Shown: positions 26,068 to 39,720 of the stretch, piece after piece
How the letters are laid out: every line of letters starts with the position of its first letter
How positions within the stretch are numbered: position 1 is the stretch's first letter
Source: Octopus bimaculoides
Taxonomy: Eukaryota
Assembly (NCBI RefSeq): GCF_001194135.2
Contig: NC_069004.1
Coordinates: 27,744,265 to 27,808,264 of the forward strand
Direction of reading: 5' to 3'
DNA: 64,000 nucleotides
Position numbers and translations under genes: made by a program
The notes under the pieces: generated by a model
What the model was told of the DNA's origin: nothing
Databases searched by the model: none
The model's input: the letters and a program-made list of their open reading frames with translations, nothing else

Positions 26068-26311
26068 CATTAATATCTGCATGTATATAGTTCATTACTT
26101 CACAATAAAATTTGAAAAATATTGCAAAGGGAAGTAATTCAATAACTAGGAATATATTTATTCTCCGACATTAATTGAAATATAATCGAAATAATTATAG
26201 AGTGTGTGTATTTACTTTATAAGATATTGACCTACAAGCATCATTGTTATTTAATTCATTGTATGTTTACATTTGTCATATTGATAGTCAATCATTTGCA
26301 CCATTACATGA

Positions 26312-26389
<78 letters not shown>

Positions 26390-26798
26390 TGCTTGTGTGT
26401 ATGTTTATATCTATGAATAATAAAAAAAATACCCAGCTCAGTTACTGGACATGTCTTTGCACAGAAGATTGCAAGTATGTTACCCTGTTTTTGTATTAGT
26501 TGTGACTTTGTTTTGCAACCAATGTGCAAATTTCAAGAGAGAAGAGGACACACACACACAGGCTTCATACAGTTTTCATCTACCAAATTCACAGACAATT
26601 GAGGACACTTGCCCAAGGTGCTACACAGTGGGAATGAACCTTCAACCACATGGTTATGAAGTGAGCTTATTAACCACAGAATCATGCCTGCTCCTATAGA
26701 GTATATGACATGTTTGTTTATTATTATCTATGTGTGTGTGTCTAAATGCAGGCATTACTGAGTGGTTAAATGTGTATGTGTTCTTCCATTGTTATTTA

Positions 26799-27232
26799 CT
26801 GCATTTTCTCAATCAACTCCTCGTTTTGACTTGTGGATGGTCTGACTGAGTGTGCCTTGCTCCTCACTGAGGTGCAGCCATGTTTGAAATGGTTGTACCT
26901 TTCCTTGTTCTGATTTCTTCCCATGGCATCATTGTCAGAAGCCTGCAGAATCTTCTGGATGGTTTGTGCTGGAGTGTCACCAAGCTTTTGTTAAAATTTG
27001 ACGCAATATCTCTTCTGAACATGTTTGGTGAAAATGAAAATCTAATGAGTACACACTACACATCTGTACTCTAGGTGTAACAGCTGGGAACTGACATGAC
27101 CTACCGGCATGAAACTTTTCATGCATGTCTGAGAAGGGTGATGTCACTTTTCACCTGAAGGATTTTGCCTACACAGCATTAGTTTTGGCAGGAAAAAATA
27201 AACTCAGATACTTTTTGAATGCACTTCATATA
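26799..27232 (-). mobile_element. mariner transposon 5' fragment (TIR plus decayed transposase N-terminus)
   Basis: TIR tatatgaagtgcattcaaaaagtatctgag; translation RYCVKF*QKLGDTPAQTIQKILQASDNDAMGRNQNKERYNHFKHGCTSVRSKAHSVRPSTSQNEELIEK resembles the mariner HTH region. Confidence 0.85.
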
Positions 27233-28531
27233 TAGTAGGGTAGTGTAGCTTATAGAATCAAGTTAAAAGTAATTTAGAAAGCTATTAAACATGAAAACAA
27301 AAAGAATAATTGGTATTTTTATCTCAAATTATACAATTTCAGCTTTAAAAGCTCCCTTATTAAGTAAAAAGAAATGGTGACTGAGCTTAGCTCTGATCTG
27401 CTTAGATATGGGGTAAAATGATTGGGGATGTGGTGAGTGGAGCAAAATATTCAGATTGCTAGTGTAAGATAAGCCAATTTGCTTTGTGTGCAACTTTTGA
27501 ACGCTGTTGATAAGTGTGTTGTTCATTGTTTAATAGGAATGGCCTTCTTAATTTTCAGGTTTCAAATGTTCCCTTTTGTGGCTTTGATGGGGACCGTGAG
27601 ATCACCAGAGTCATAGAACGGAATAATGGAAATTTGAGCAAAACAGCTGCTGCTGCTGTTGTGATTATTATTATCTTCAATATCATTATTGTTGTTGTTA
27701 TTAAACAATTAAAGTTTGCCATCAACAAGGGACATGTGTTGCATAATGCTAATTGGCTAATTTAACATGTCAAAATCGCACGTGTTGCATTCCCCAATTC
27801 CCTCATATATCTTTACAAATCGCTCCTAAACTTAATCCCCAATTATTCTTGATAAGGGGGGGGTTTTAAACCAAAATATTCTAATATAACATAAAAATGT
27901 AAATCTTTTTTTTTTATATTGCTACTGTTTGTTTTTCTTTTCATTGTAGTGGATTTCTGAATCACCTTTAAATATGCACGTGTGCGCTCATTTGTATGTA
28001 TATGTGTGTGTGTTCATTTTATTTCATTCTTAATGAGCAGAGCTTTTATTTTTTCCAAAATATAAACGCTTTTGTTGAATACATTTAGAGCTTATCATTT
28101 TCACCTGTATTGTCACATATACTCTTTAAACATTCTGCATTAAACTCTATGTCTGATACTAATTATTTTCTGATGACTGTACTTCCTACATACCTCGAAG
28201 ATATCAGAAAGAATGCAAGCAAAATTAGATATCACAAAAGACATATTTCTTAGCAATAATTTAAACTTTCTGCTGCTATCTCATCATCATCATTAAATTA
28301 TTTCTGTGTCTAGATTACTGCTAGTTTTGTATTTATATCTCATTAGTCATTTATTTTTTCCTGTGCAAAACAAAACTTATTCCCACTTCTTGTTAAAAGA
28401 ATTAGAAATCATACACTTGTTTCTGGGTTCTGTTGATATTAACCAAGTAATATCTACAGCAACTGTCCATAACATTTTCTCTCTTTGTTCATAAGTTGAA
28501 AAATGATTTAAAAGAGTATTGGCTTCCTTAA

Positions 28532-28749
28532 CCCTTTAGCATTCGGATTACTCTGTCAAAAGTAATGCTTATTTATTCATTGTTTTGAATTAATCATGTA
28601 TTATCTTGTAGCTTTGCGATTTTGATGAGGTAACTGTTAATTTTTAAAATGATATTGTAGGACTGGTATGAAAGGCTAGATCTGACCAGATTGAACATAA
28701 AACAGGTAGAATATTATGACTGGATATAGCCAGTTGAAATGCTAAAGAG
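28532..28749. mobile_element. piggyBac-type MITE
   Basis: ttaa|ccctttagc...gctaaagag|ttga; reverse-orientation homologue of the 49955 and 53649 copies. Confidence 0.8.
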
Positions 28750-28829
28750 TTGACCCTTTTTGTTACCATGTCTCTGTTGATATGCACAGACTATGTTTCA
28801 GTCAATTTTGAAAATAAACCTTTTTCTGT

Positions 28830-29175
28830 CACTGGACTGAAACTTTCCTGGGGCACCAGCCTGAAGGGTTTAGTTGAACAAATCAATCCCAGTACTTATT
28901 TTTCAAGTCTAGCACTGATGCTATTGGTCTCTTTTGCCAAGCAAGCAAACTTCTGTTGTCAAATGGTTGGGGTATTAACACAAGGGCACACACATACCCA
29001 CGCACACACGTGTGTGTGTGAAGGGTTTCTACACAGTTTCCATTTACCAAATTCACTCACATGACATTGGGTAGCCTGAGGCAATATTAGAAGACCTTTG
29101 CCCAAGTTGTCACAATGGAACTGATCCTGATCCCGTTTGGTTGCAAAGTGAGATTTTTGATCACACAGCCATGTC
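28830..29175 (-). mobile_element. SINE-B, degenerate
   Basis: gggcaccagcctgaagggtttagttgaacaaatc...cacacagccatg. Confidence 0.65.
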
Positions 29176-29387
29176 TGAAAAATTTAATAAAATAACTTTC
29201 TCCTTATTAAGCCAGTGTTTGGAACATAAAGCAACATAGAGATGGAAGGTTTTAATTAAGGTCACTTTAAATCAGTAAGTTCATATCATAGGAAGTAGAG
29301 GAAGTCTCAGGTGGATTGGTATCAAAAGGACTATGTGTTTAAATTCTAGCAATTAATTGTTCTGTGGGCTTGTCTCTTCATATACAG

Positions 29388-29481
29388 TGTGACTTGATGA
29401 AAGAAAAATTATATAGGGAAGTACTATTCAGTTGTAACAATAGATACAAGCCTGACCCACATGGAAACTGTTCAAGTGGTA
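29388..29481 (+). CDS. hypothetical exon (CDLMKEKLYREVLFSCNNRYKPDPHGNCSSG)
   Basis: acceptor ttgtctcttcatatacag; GTAAGT donors after 29481 or 29485; only one frame open; no recognised homology. Confidence 0.2.
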
Positions 29482-30239
29482 GTAAGTAAGTAATTGTTAA
29501 TCCTTTCACTGTCCATAGCTGCTGTTAAACTTGGTTGATAAGGATAACTACATATAACTACTCCAACTTGAAATCCTATTGTTAATGATTTAACCTTTTC
29601 ATGTTCACAATTGCTGGCAGCATACATAATGAAGATTGTGTGCGATTATTCTTAATTTAAATTTGGTCTATTCACGGTAAATAAAACACAACAATGGAAA
29701 TCATAAAGTGATGTTGACCTGTTTTCAAGTAAATGTACTGAAGACAAAATGTTTGGTTGCACCAGACTTACATGAAAGCGTTAATGAAATATCTTCCTTT
29801 TAAATAAATATTAAAAATAAAGAATCAAAAACAAACAAAAAAAAATTAGTTGTTTGCCAAACTGTGAATGTTCTAAAATGTGTGGAAGGAGACAGACCTT
29901 AGATGATTGTAAAGACTTAATACTTTGTTCACAATTATCTAACAGTTTAGATAGATATTTTAGCCATAGAATTACAGTAAAATGTCTCTGAAAATACGTC
30001 ATTTTAATAGTATGTTAAAAGCATAGTTGGAAAGGTAATGAATGACTACTGCTATTTCAAATTTATTATTAAATTAAACCATTATATCATTTCAAGGTGA
30101 TCATTGTTATGAATCCAAGTCTTGAATAACATTTGTTACTTGTCTAAAAACAATTTTCTAGAGTTTTATGCAAATATTGGATGGCTGGTTTTCAATCTGG
30201 ACATCAATAACTTCTATATCCAGTTTTCTGTCTGGGTAT

Positions 30240-30595
30240 AGTGGTTCAATCCCACTCCATAGCAGCTTGGGAAAATGTCTCCCACTATAGCCCCAGGTCA
30301 ACCAAAGCCTTGGCAGTGGATTTGGTTGGTAGAAACTACAAGAAACATATTGTGTGTGTGTCTCCTTGTCTTGACATCATGTGATAGTTGTAAAATGATT
30401 GTCATAGAAGCATTGTAATTCTTTTCCAATGTTCTACATGAACATACCTGGCCATAGAGGAAATATTACCTTGCTTTGAAACAGATAAGGGTTGGTGACA
30501 GCAAGGGCATCTGATTGAAGAAAAATCTGCCTTAATAAGTTCTGTCTGATCCACGTGAGCACGGAAAAGTGGTTGTTAAAATGATAATAGTGATA
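30240..30595 (+). mobile_element. chimeric SINE: B-type head with A-type (RTE-like) tail
   Basis: ggttcaatccc...ccaaagcc head, then ...aagggcatc...gcacggaaaagtggttgttaaaatgat; similar copies at 36165, 37250, 51142 and 55560(-). Confidence 0.7.
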
Positions 30596-30819
30596 TGTCT
30601 GTAGAACCTAAGAAACATATTTCATTACAGAGTAGTTTTCCTAATTGTATTCAGATTGATATTTTGAAGTTAGATAAGCAAATGAATTTCAGTTACACAT
30701 ATTCGGTTATTGCTTTTAACTTTTTTTCTATTTCAATATCTATGACAAAAACATTTTGTTTCTGTTGATTGTATCCTGAAATAGCTTAGCTTCATTTAGA
30801 TATATATATATATCTTTAT

Positions 30820-31040
30820 GCCAGTATCGCCTGACTGGCCTTCGTGCAGGTGACACATAAAAGCACCTACTACACTCTCTGAGTGGTTGGCGTTAGGAAG
30901 GGCATCCAGCTGTAGAAACTCTGCCAAATTTAGATTGGAGCCTGGTGTTGCCATCCGGTTTCACCAGTCCTCAGTCAAATCGTCCAACCCATGCTAGCAT
31001 GGAAAGCGGACGTTAAACGATGATGATGATGATGATGATG
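30820..31040 (+). mobile_element. SINE-A, 5'-truncated, with TSD
   Basis: (GAT)n tail; 18-bp direct repeat atatatatatatctttat at 30802-30819 and 31041-31058. Confidence 0.9.
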
Positions 31041-31071
31041 ATATATATATATCTTTATATATACATATCTT

Positions 31072-31104
<33 letters not shown>

Positions 31105-32349
31105 GACTTGGTGATAATAATATTTTATGTTAGTGTGAATGACCAATAAAACAGGCTGCTAACCAACCCACCAAGAGGCTGTCGGTTGATATCCTGTATT
31201 TTCCTGTATGTCGATAACTGGTTCTCATTTGCTCTAATTAGATATCATGGTTTATATACATTAAAGTGGGTACCATGGTTGGAACAAGTCATTACAGCAA
31301 GCAGCACCTTATAAAGTATCTTATTAGCTTACAGTATTATAATAGACTAATATATTGTAGTCTGTGTGTGTGTTGGAGGAAGATTTCTCATCTGTTTAAT
31401 AGCTTGAAATTCATAGGTACCATTAGCTCTGTGGATCATTGTAATTCAGGAAATGCTTTGACATTTTCCTTGCTAAGAAAGTTTTTCGATTTTTTTGATG
31501 ATTAAATGGCTTTAAGTTATCTTCAAACTAAATCAGTAATCTTGTTTTCATTACCAATAGAAATGGTTTGCTTTGTGCTAGTGATACTATATAGAAAAGC
31601 ATCAGTATTGTTTTCTTCCTTTTCCTCATCTTTTTAAATCTCAGGTTTCATGCCTTCAACAGTGCCAAGAACTCTTAACCGTTTGGGTTATAGTCTTTGA
31701 GACAGTAGCAAGGAAATGTGATATCACTTGCCAAATTAATTTGGCTTACCACCTTTAGTATAGACATACAATTTGTAACAGTCATACAGTTGATTAATGT
31801 TTTTAATTGGTAAGTGTTTAATTATACTCAATTACCCAGAGTTTTAGATAAAAATTGATTAACTAAAAGCAGCTTTCCTTTTAATAAGATTTAGAGTTAA
31901 TTCTATATACTCTTATATTTTTGGTGAGACTTATTTCCTCTTTAACATTTTATTGTGCGATAGATGTGAATTCAGCAATATATATATACGTTTTCATTCT
32001 GATTAAAATGAAGATGTACAAAATCCTTTTATATATTTATAATAAATATACATTTTTAATTTTCAATTAACTTTTTTTTTTATTCTCTGTATTTACCAAT
32101 ATATAAATGGGTTAAATGGGTATCATAATGACACAATGTGTTTTTTTTTCACACCATGCAATCTTGAATTGAAGTTAAAATATTCATATTGATATGTTGC
32201 ATGACTTTAAGGTTAATAAGATGCAAGAACATGGTAGAATATTAACATTTCATGTATCCCACAGCTTAGATGAACAAATTGCAATCTGTTTCATATTTTC
32301 ATATTTGTGATTCATTATAAAATGACACACCATTTTCTTTTTCTTTTTT

Positions 32350-32396
<47 letters not shown>

Positions 32397-32691
32397 TTAA
32401 TATTGATATTGTGCAATAAAACGAAATAAACAATTTTTGTTTTTGTATTTTGAAAAGATTAATATCTAACCTATAATATTAGAGTTCTTTTTCGGCTTTC
32501 TTTGAGTGAAGAATCAGTAGAGTGACAAACAACATGCCTTACTACTGTATGTAGCTATTTCCCTTCACATTGCGAGTTCAAATTTTTCCAATTTCCATTT
32601 CACCATTCCATCCTCTTGAGAATGATAGAATCAGTATCAGTAAAGTATTGCAACTCATTCCAAATGTGTGAGCTTGAAATCTAACATATCT

Positions 32692-32766
<75 letters not shown>

Positions 32767-32889
32767 TTTGCCTTTTATCCTTCCTAGTTTGATAAAATAA
32801 AGTACCTGTCTAGTACTGAGGGTTTATGTGAATGACTAACTCCTGCATCCATCCACCTACACACACACACACAAATTTCATGTTTGAAA

Positions 32890-33344
32890 TGGTGGAAAAG
32901 CTGGCAGAATCATTAGCATGCTGGGCAAAATGTTTAGTGTCATTTCGTCTACCTTTATGTTCTGAGTTCAAATTCCACCAAGGTCGACTTTGTCTTTCAT
33001 CCTTTCAGGGTCGATAGAATAAGTACCACCTGAATACTGGGGGTTAATGTAATCGACTATCCCCACCCCATAAAATTTCAGGCCTTGTGCTTATAGTAGA
33101 AAGGTTTATTACATTCCATCCTAAGGTGGAAAGCTGGCAGAATCATTAGCATGCTGGGCAAAATGCTTTGTGGATTTCGTCCATCTCTATGTTCTGAGTT
33201 CAATTTCCACTGAGATTGGCTTTGCCTTTCATCCCTTCAGGGTCGACGAAATAATTACCAGTTGAATACTGAGGTCAATGTAATTGACTTACCCCTCCCC
33301 TGAAATTGCTGTCCTTGTGCCAAAATTTGAAATTATCATTATTG

Positions 33345-33376
<32 letters not shown>

Positions 33377-33762
33377 CTGGCAAAATCAGGTGCTTAGCAG
33401 CATTTTGTCTGTCTTTATGTTCTGAGTTCAAACTCTGCCAAAGTTGATTTAGAGTCAATAAAATAAGTACCAGTTGAGCACTGAGCTCAATGTAATCAAC
33501 TTACCCACTCCCCTGAACTTGCTGGCCTTGTGCCAAAATCTGAAACCATTATTATTACTAAGGTAGCAAGCTGGCTGAATTGTTACTGTGCCAGAGAAAA
33601 TGCTTTGTAGCATTTCATTCTGACTATATTCCGAAATCAAATGCCACCAGTGTCAACTTTCACTTTCATTTTTTTTTTTTTTTTTGAGGGTGATAAAAAA
33701 TTAAGTACCAGTTGAGCATTGCCCTCTCCCTTAAAATTGCTGGCCCTGGGCCAAAATTTAGA

Positions 33763-33780
<18 letters not shown>
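32890..33780 (+). mobile_element. array of about 4-5 SINE-C copies
   Basis: repeated gctggcagaatcattagcatgctgggcaaaatg heads and cctttcagggtcgat cores, with (ATT)n spacers. Confidence 0.85.
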
Positions 33781-33795
<15 letters not shown>

Positions 33796-33796
33796 G

Positions 33797-34085
33797 AGTG
33801 AGATCGTTGCCAGTACCGCTGGACTGGCTCCTGTGCAGGTGGCACGTAAAATACACCATTTCAAGCGTGGCCGTTGCCAATACCGCCTGACTGACCTTCA
33901 TGCCGGTGGCACATAAAAGCACCCACTACACTCTCGGAGTGATTGGCGTTAGGAAGGGCATCCAGCTGTAGAAACTCTGCCAAATCAGATTGGAGCCTGG
34001 TGTAGCCATCTGGTCCACCAGTCCTCAGTCAAATTGTCCAACCCATGCTAGCATGGAAAGCGGACGTTAAACGATGATGATGATC
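33797..34085 (+). mobile_element. SINE-A, long form
   Basis: gagatcgttgccagtacc...ggcgttaggaagggcatccagctgtagaaac...gttaaacgatgatg. Confidence 0.9.
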
Positions 34086-34391
34086 ATCATCATCATCACC
34101 ATGACTCGGGATTGGTTTAAGCACCGGCTTGATATAATCCATTATCTTTCAGTCCCAAGATTTCAAGCCTTTTGCCCATAGTAGAAAGAATCATTATCAT
34201 TTCAGCGGTGGTAGTGGGCAGAATCAGTCGATTCAGTTAAATGCTTTGCTGCATTCAAATTGAACCAAGATTGGTTTTGCTCATCACCTTTAAGTGACTT
34301 GTTAAAATAAGTACCAATCACGTACTGAGGCTGATCTACTTAATTAAACTCCATCCCAACACCTAAATGTATGGTTGTGTATCTCTGTCAG

Positions 34392-34433
<42 letters not shown>

Positions 34434-34746
34434 CTGTTTCAGGTTAGTGTTTAACACCATGATTGCTGTGATAATGAATTCAGCAGAAGTTTATTATTAT
34501 ATTATATTGTATTTATAACCTTACCAACCAATTCGGTCATAAATTCCATCAGTGCTTCGTTGAAATACTGTAATCTGGCAGATTGCATGATACCACAGAC
34601 TAACAACTCAACTTCTGTTAAAATCTGTCTGCATTATCCTAAGTGACTTCATCTAATTACTCATTATGTTTAAGTCAGTACTGTTTCTTTAATTAACCCT
34701 AAAAAAAAAGCCAAACGTTTGTTCTTTTTTTTTTTTTTTTTTTTTT

Positions 34747-35099
34747 NNNNNNNNNNNNNNNNNNNNNNNNNNNNNNNNNNNNNNNNNNNNNNNNNNNNNN
34801 NNNNNNNNNNNNNNNNNNNNNNNNNNNNNNNNNNNNNNNNNNNNNNNNNNNNNNNNNNNNNNNNNNNNNNNNNNNNNNNNNNNNNNNNNNNNNNNNNNNN
34901 NNNNNNNNNNNNNNNNNNNNNNNNNNNNNNNNNNNNNNNNNNNNNNNNNNNNNNNNNNNNNNNNNNNNNNNNNNNNNNNNNNNNNNNNNNNNNNNNNNNN
35001 NNNNNNNNNNNNNNNNNNNNNNNNNNNNNNNNNNNNNNNNNNNNNNNNNNNNNNNNNNNNNNNNNNNNNNNNNNNNNNNNNNNNNNNNNNNNNNNNNNN
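34747..35099. other. assembly gap (353 N)
   Basis: run of N. Confidence 1.
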
Positions 35100-35137
<38 letters not shown>

Positions 35138-35604
35138 CTTAGTCACCATGACTTCAATGAAATACCTTTATGTTCAGAGTTATCCAATTCATGCAACATA
35201 TTCTTTTTTTTATTTGTTTTAGTCATTGGTCTACGGCCATGCTGTAGCACTGCCTTGAAAAGTTTACTTGATCAAATCACCCCTAGTACTTGCTTTTTGT
35301 TTTTTAAGCTCCAGCATGGCTGCAGTCACATGACTGAAACAAGTAAAAGAATGGTCTTTATTCTATCAACCTTTATTCTGCTAAACCACTAACACTGGTT
35401 GTCAAGTGATGTCACAAGATACAGAAACAGACAAGTATGTGCATGTATAAGCACATGTGCAAAGGGTTTCTGCATAGTTTCTAATTACAAAATTCACTTT
35501 CAAGGTATTTGTCTTGGCCCAATAATGTAGCAGAGAAGATACTTGCCCAAAGTGCAGTGTAGGGGGCTGAACCCCAAACCATGAGTGTTCCAAGTAGATT
35601 TGCC

Positions 35605-35930
35605 TGTCATCGTCATCATCGTTTGACATCCGTTTTCCATGTTGGCATGGGTTGGACGGTTTGACTGGGGTCTGGCAAGCCAGGAGGCTACACCAGGCTC
35701 CAATCTGATCTGGCAGTGTTTCTACAGTTGGATGCCCTTCCAAACGCCAACCACTCCGAGAGTGTAGTGGGTGCTTTTATGTGCCACTGGCACAGGAGGC
35801 TGGCATTGACCACGTTCGGATCGTGCTTTTTTATGTGCCACCAGCACAGGAGCCAGTCAGGTGGCACTAGCATCGGCCGCATTCGGATGGTACTTTTTTA
35901 TGTGCCACCAGCACAGGAGCCAGTCAGGGC
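35605..35930 (-). mobile_element. SINE-A, long form with subrepeats
   Basis: SINE-A body plus two ttttatgtgccaccagcacaggagccagtcagg units. Confidence 0.85.
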
Positions 35931-36164
35931 AATAATAATAATAATAATAATAATGGTCTCAGAATTTTGCACAAGGCCAGCAATTTTAGGAGAGGGAGAC
36001 AGTTGATTAGACTGACCCCACTGTTTAACCAGTACTTACTCTGTCAGCCTTGAAAGGTGAAGGGCAAAGTTGACCTCAGTGGAATTTGAGTTCTGAATGT
36101 AAAGAGCTTGAAGAAATGCTGCTAATGCTAAACATTTTGTATGAAGTGAAAACTCTTCTGCCAG

Positions 36165-36570
36165 CTCATAGCTGTGTGGATTAAGAAGCTTGCTTCTCAA
36201 CAATGTTGTCTTAAGACAGTTGTCTTTGACCATAGCCTCAAGTCAGCCAAAGCCTTGTGAGGGGATTTGGTGGATGGAAACTGAAAGAAGCCAATCTTAT
36301 GTGTGTGTGTGTGTGTGTGTGTATGTGTGTCTATTTACCTTTGTCTTGACATCATGAAATGGTTCTTGTAAGCAAGCACCACTATCAAATAAGCAATGTT
36401 GATGGTTTCCAGTTTTCCATGAAAAACATGTCTGGCCATTGAAAAATATTACCTTGTTTGCAAACAAGTTAGGTTAGGCAACAGGAAGAGCATCCAGGCC
36501 AAGGAAATTTACCTCAGTGAATTCCATCTGTTCCATGTAAGCATAGAACAGTGGATGTTAAATAATGTAA
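36165..36570 (+). mobile_element. chimeric SINE (B head, A tail)
   Basis: gctgtgtggattaagaagcttgc head; caggaagagcatcc...gtaagcatagaacagtggatgttaaa tail. Confidence 0.7.
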
Positions 36571-37178
36571 TAATAATTATTATTATAATAACTTCTAGTA
36601 TAGGCACGAGGTTTGAAAACTTTTAGGGGAGGGGGGGGGCTAGTCATGTGCATTGGCACCAATACTTGACTTCATCAAATTCAAAAGGATGAAAGGCTAA
36701 GTCAACCTGTTTGGAATTTGAAATCTGAGCATAAATGCCATTAAACATTTTGTCCGATATGGTAACAATACTAGCTCACTGCCATAATAATAATAATAAT
36801 GAGGAGGAGGAGGAGGATAAAACAGTAAGTAATAAAAAATACAAATATATTCAAGATGTATTATTGTTTAATAAGAGCATTATTTTTCAGACTAATAACC
36901 TCATTTTTGGGAAATGAGAACATTTTTTTATATTTACATCTACAGTATGTTTCCATTAGCAGTGATCTTCCAATATCAGGTGTTACATTCTTTAAATGTC
37001 AGCATAGTGTCAGAATGGATTTGATCTTAGAAACCTCTAGTCTTAAGCTGAAAGTAACAGCTCTTATCTACTAGATCACTAACACATGTAATTATATTCG
37101 TATTAAAAATTAATCTAGTTTCAAAAACCAATGTTATTATTTCATTACTAATACAGATTTTTTTTTCTCTATTTGCAG

Positions 37179-37202
37179 GTTAGTACTGTTACTGCTATTC
37201 TG
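37179..37202 (+). other. candidate 24-nt microexon or recursive splice site
   Basis: ttttttttctctatttgcag|GTTAGTACTGTTACTGCTATTCTG|gtaggt; reads VSTVTAIL in phase 0. Confidence 0.35.
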
Positions 37203-37249
37203 GTAGGTTTTATTTTTCTCTATTTATTTTATTTTTCTTTATGAAAGAT

Positions 37250-37670
37250 GCAGGCATGGCTGTGAGGTTAAGAAGCTTGCTTTACCAACCACATGGTTCT
37301 GGGTTCAGTTCCACTGTATGGCACCTTGGGCAAGAGTTTTCTCCTAAAGCTCCAGGTCAATTAAAGCCTTGTGGGTGAATTTGGTTGACAGAAACTGAAA
37401 GAAACGCATCTTCTGTATGTGCGTGTGTTTGTATGTACCCGTGTCTATACATCATGCAATGATTATAAGAGAGCATTGTTGTGATACAACTAAGATTGTT
37501 TGCTTCCTGTCTTCTGTGAATACCACATTGAACCATTGGGAAATATACCTTGCTTGGAAACAGTGAGGGTTGGCAACTGGAAGGGCATCGAGCTGTAGGA
37601 AATTTGCCTCTGTAAATTCCATCTGAAACAAGGAAGCATGGAGAAAATATATGTTAAATAATGATTTAAT
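37250..37670 (+). mobile_element. chimeric SINE (B head, A tail)
   Basis: ggcatggctgtgaggttaagaagc...ggttcagttcc head; ggaagggcatcgagctgtaggaaa tail. Confidence 0.75.
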
Positions 37671-38888
37671 GTCCATTTTTTCTATGCTTGCATGGTGATG
37701 GTTGAGGATAACTTTCAAGAACAAAATACTAATGCAAATCAAGCAGGATTTGAACCCATGACTTTAGGACACAAAAATTGACTTTCTGCTTAAGAAACTT
37801 GCTCCACAACCATGCTTTTTCCAGGCCCAGTCTCAACTGAAAATTTGGGCAAGTGTCTTCTACCTTAGCCTTGAGGTGGTCAATGAGGTGTGAGTGAAAT
37901 CTGTTTGTTAAAACTCTTCAGAAGTATTTACAGTATGCATGTATGTGTGTCTGTATATGTGTGCATGCGTGGGTGTGAAATTGGTAAACCAAACAGAATT
38001 ACTTTATACTCCATGTGTTACACAGATGCTCTCTCTCACTGTTAGCTTGTTTGAAACTCATAACAACTTAATATTGTTTTTAAAAATGCCTGATATTAAA
38101 AGAAAATTAAGTCAGTAAGTAACTGCTGACACAGAATGATGATTATTATCAAACAGACGTTTAGTTCAGATTATTAGACAAGTCTTTCACCTTATTTCCA
38201 CAGCTGGTAGTATCTATTTAACGTTATATTTATTGCTGTTGCTTCTGAAAGCTGCATGATTTCCATTATTCACTTTTCTTCATCATCTGAAGTCAATCAC
38301 ACATTGATTGATGTATATTGCTAATAACAACTAGTCAAGCACTGAAACTTAGTGTTCGATTATATTTCCCATTGACCCAAAAACAAAATAGTAATTATTA
38401 AACTTAACACAAATTTCAACAATTAATCCTTTTAGCAGGAATTTGATCTGTGAGAAATGTTACATTATCTCATTGTCGATTGTTCTTGTGTACTTAAGAA
38501 GCTGGTTAATATACCATTTTTAATCAGCTTCTTATTGGCAGTAAATGTTAACCACATTGTTGAATAGTTGCATGAAATGCACCAAGCTGATATAGTGTGG
38601 GTCTTTCTTTTCTATAGATTTGTTTCCTAAGGCTGAATAATAAATGGCAGTATCGGTATATCCTAATGTCACTCTTATTAATATTTACAAACTGAATGTT
38701 GCCCTTTTGTGTTCTATTTCAACTTTGGAGTTCTTGGCCTAAAGCAGAAAACTGTGTTCTCTTGTAGAACAATATACTCCAGAGTGCTTTGCTGTACTTT
38801 TGTTTCAATAACTTGGCTTTAGAACATTTGTACTTTTAGAGTCTTGGGAAACAATATGAAATGGTCTTTTCTCTTTCTTTATTTTCTG

Positions 38889-38943
<55 letters not shown>

Positions 38944-39429
38944 CACCCCCACCCCCCACACTTTTTTCCTTTTCATCAGATGTGTTGTGCATCTATCACT
39001 GCTATGATCCGGTCTCCAGTCTCCGAACACCTCTCTGCTTCCTCTACTCTATCTTACTTTAATAACGACAACTTGATAAACTACAGCACTTCATATTTAA
39101 TATTTTTCGCAATGATATTGACTGATTCTCAGATGCCATTGTTAAGAAATAAACATACAGAAAGAATTGTGACATAGATGGAAGCATACAAATGCAAAGA
39201 AACACTTGCCACACTAGCACATGTACATACACATTCTTTATATACATTGTATTCTTATATTATGTAAAAGAAATGAGGAAAAAAAAAGGAGAGTAATTCT
39301 TTTATATATACATACATACATATATGTATGTATGTATACGCCAATAAAAAGCAGACACCATTCAATAACTTGTTTAAAAATAAAGTAATGTATTGCTTGC
39401 TATACTTGAGAAAGAAGTAATGTACAATC

Positions 39430-39720
39430 TAATATTTAGGAAATGAGAAATATATAGCCTAGTGTGTTTACGAGACATAATATACACAGAGACACATGTT
39501 GAAGAAATGAAATATATAGTCAGAGATATTAACAATAGAAGGAAAGAGACAAAAAAAATCTATATAAGCTAGCATGTTTAGGAAAGAGGTAACATATAGC
39601 CTAACATGTTAAGAAAAGGTGAAATGTAGTGGTTGATTGTTTGGGACAAGAGTAATTATGTAACCTGCTGTGTTTAGAGAAGATGAAACTGTTTCATTAA
39701 TATAGCTTGGAAAGAGAAAC
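39430..39720. repeat. degenerate minisatellite, period about 32-35 bp
   Basis: recurring gaaatatatagcctag.atgtttag.aa motifs. Confidence 0.4.

Noticed and set aside
32340-32395. Poly-T run as the tail of a processed pseudogene
   Set aside because: There is no canonical polyadenylation signal on the minus strand, no TSD and no adjacent ORF.
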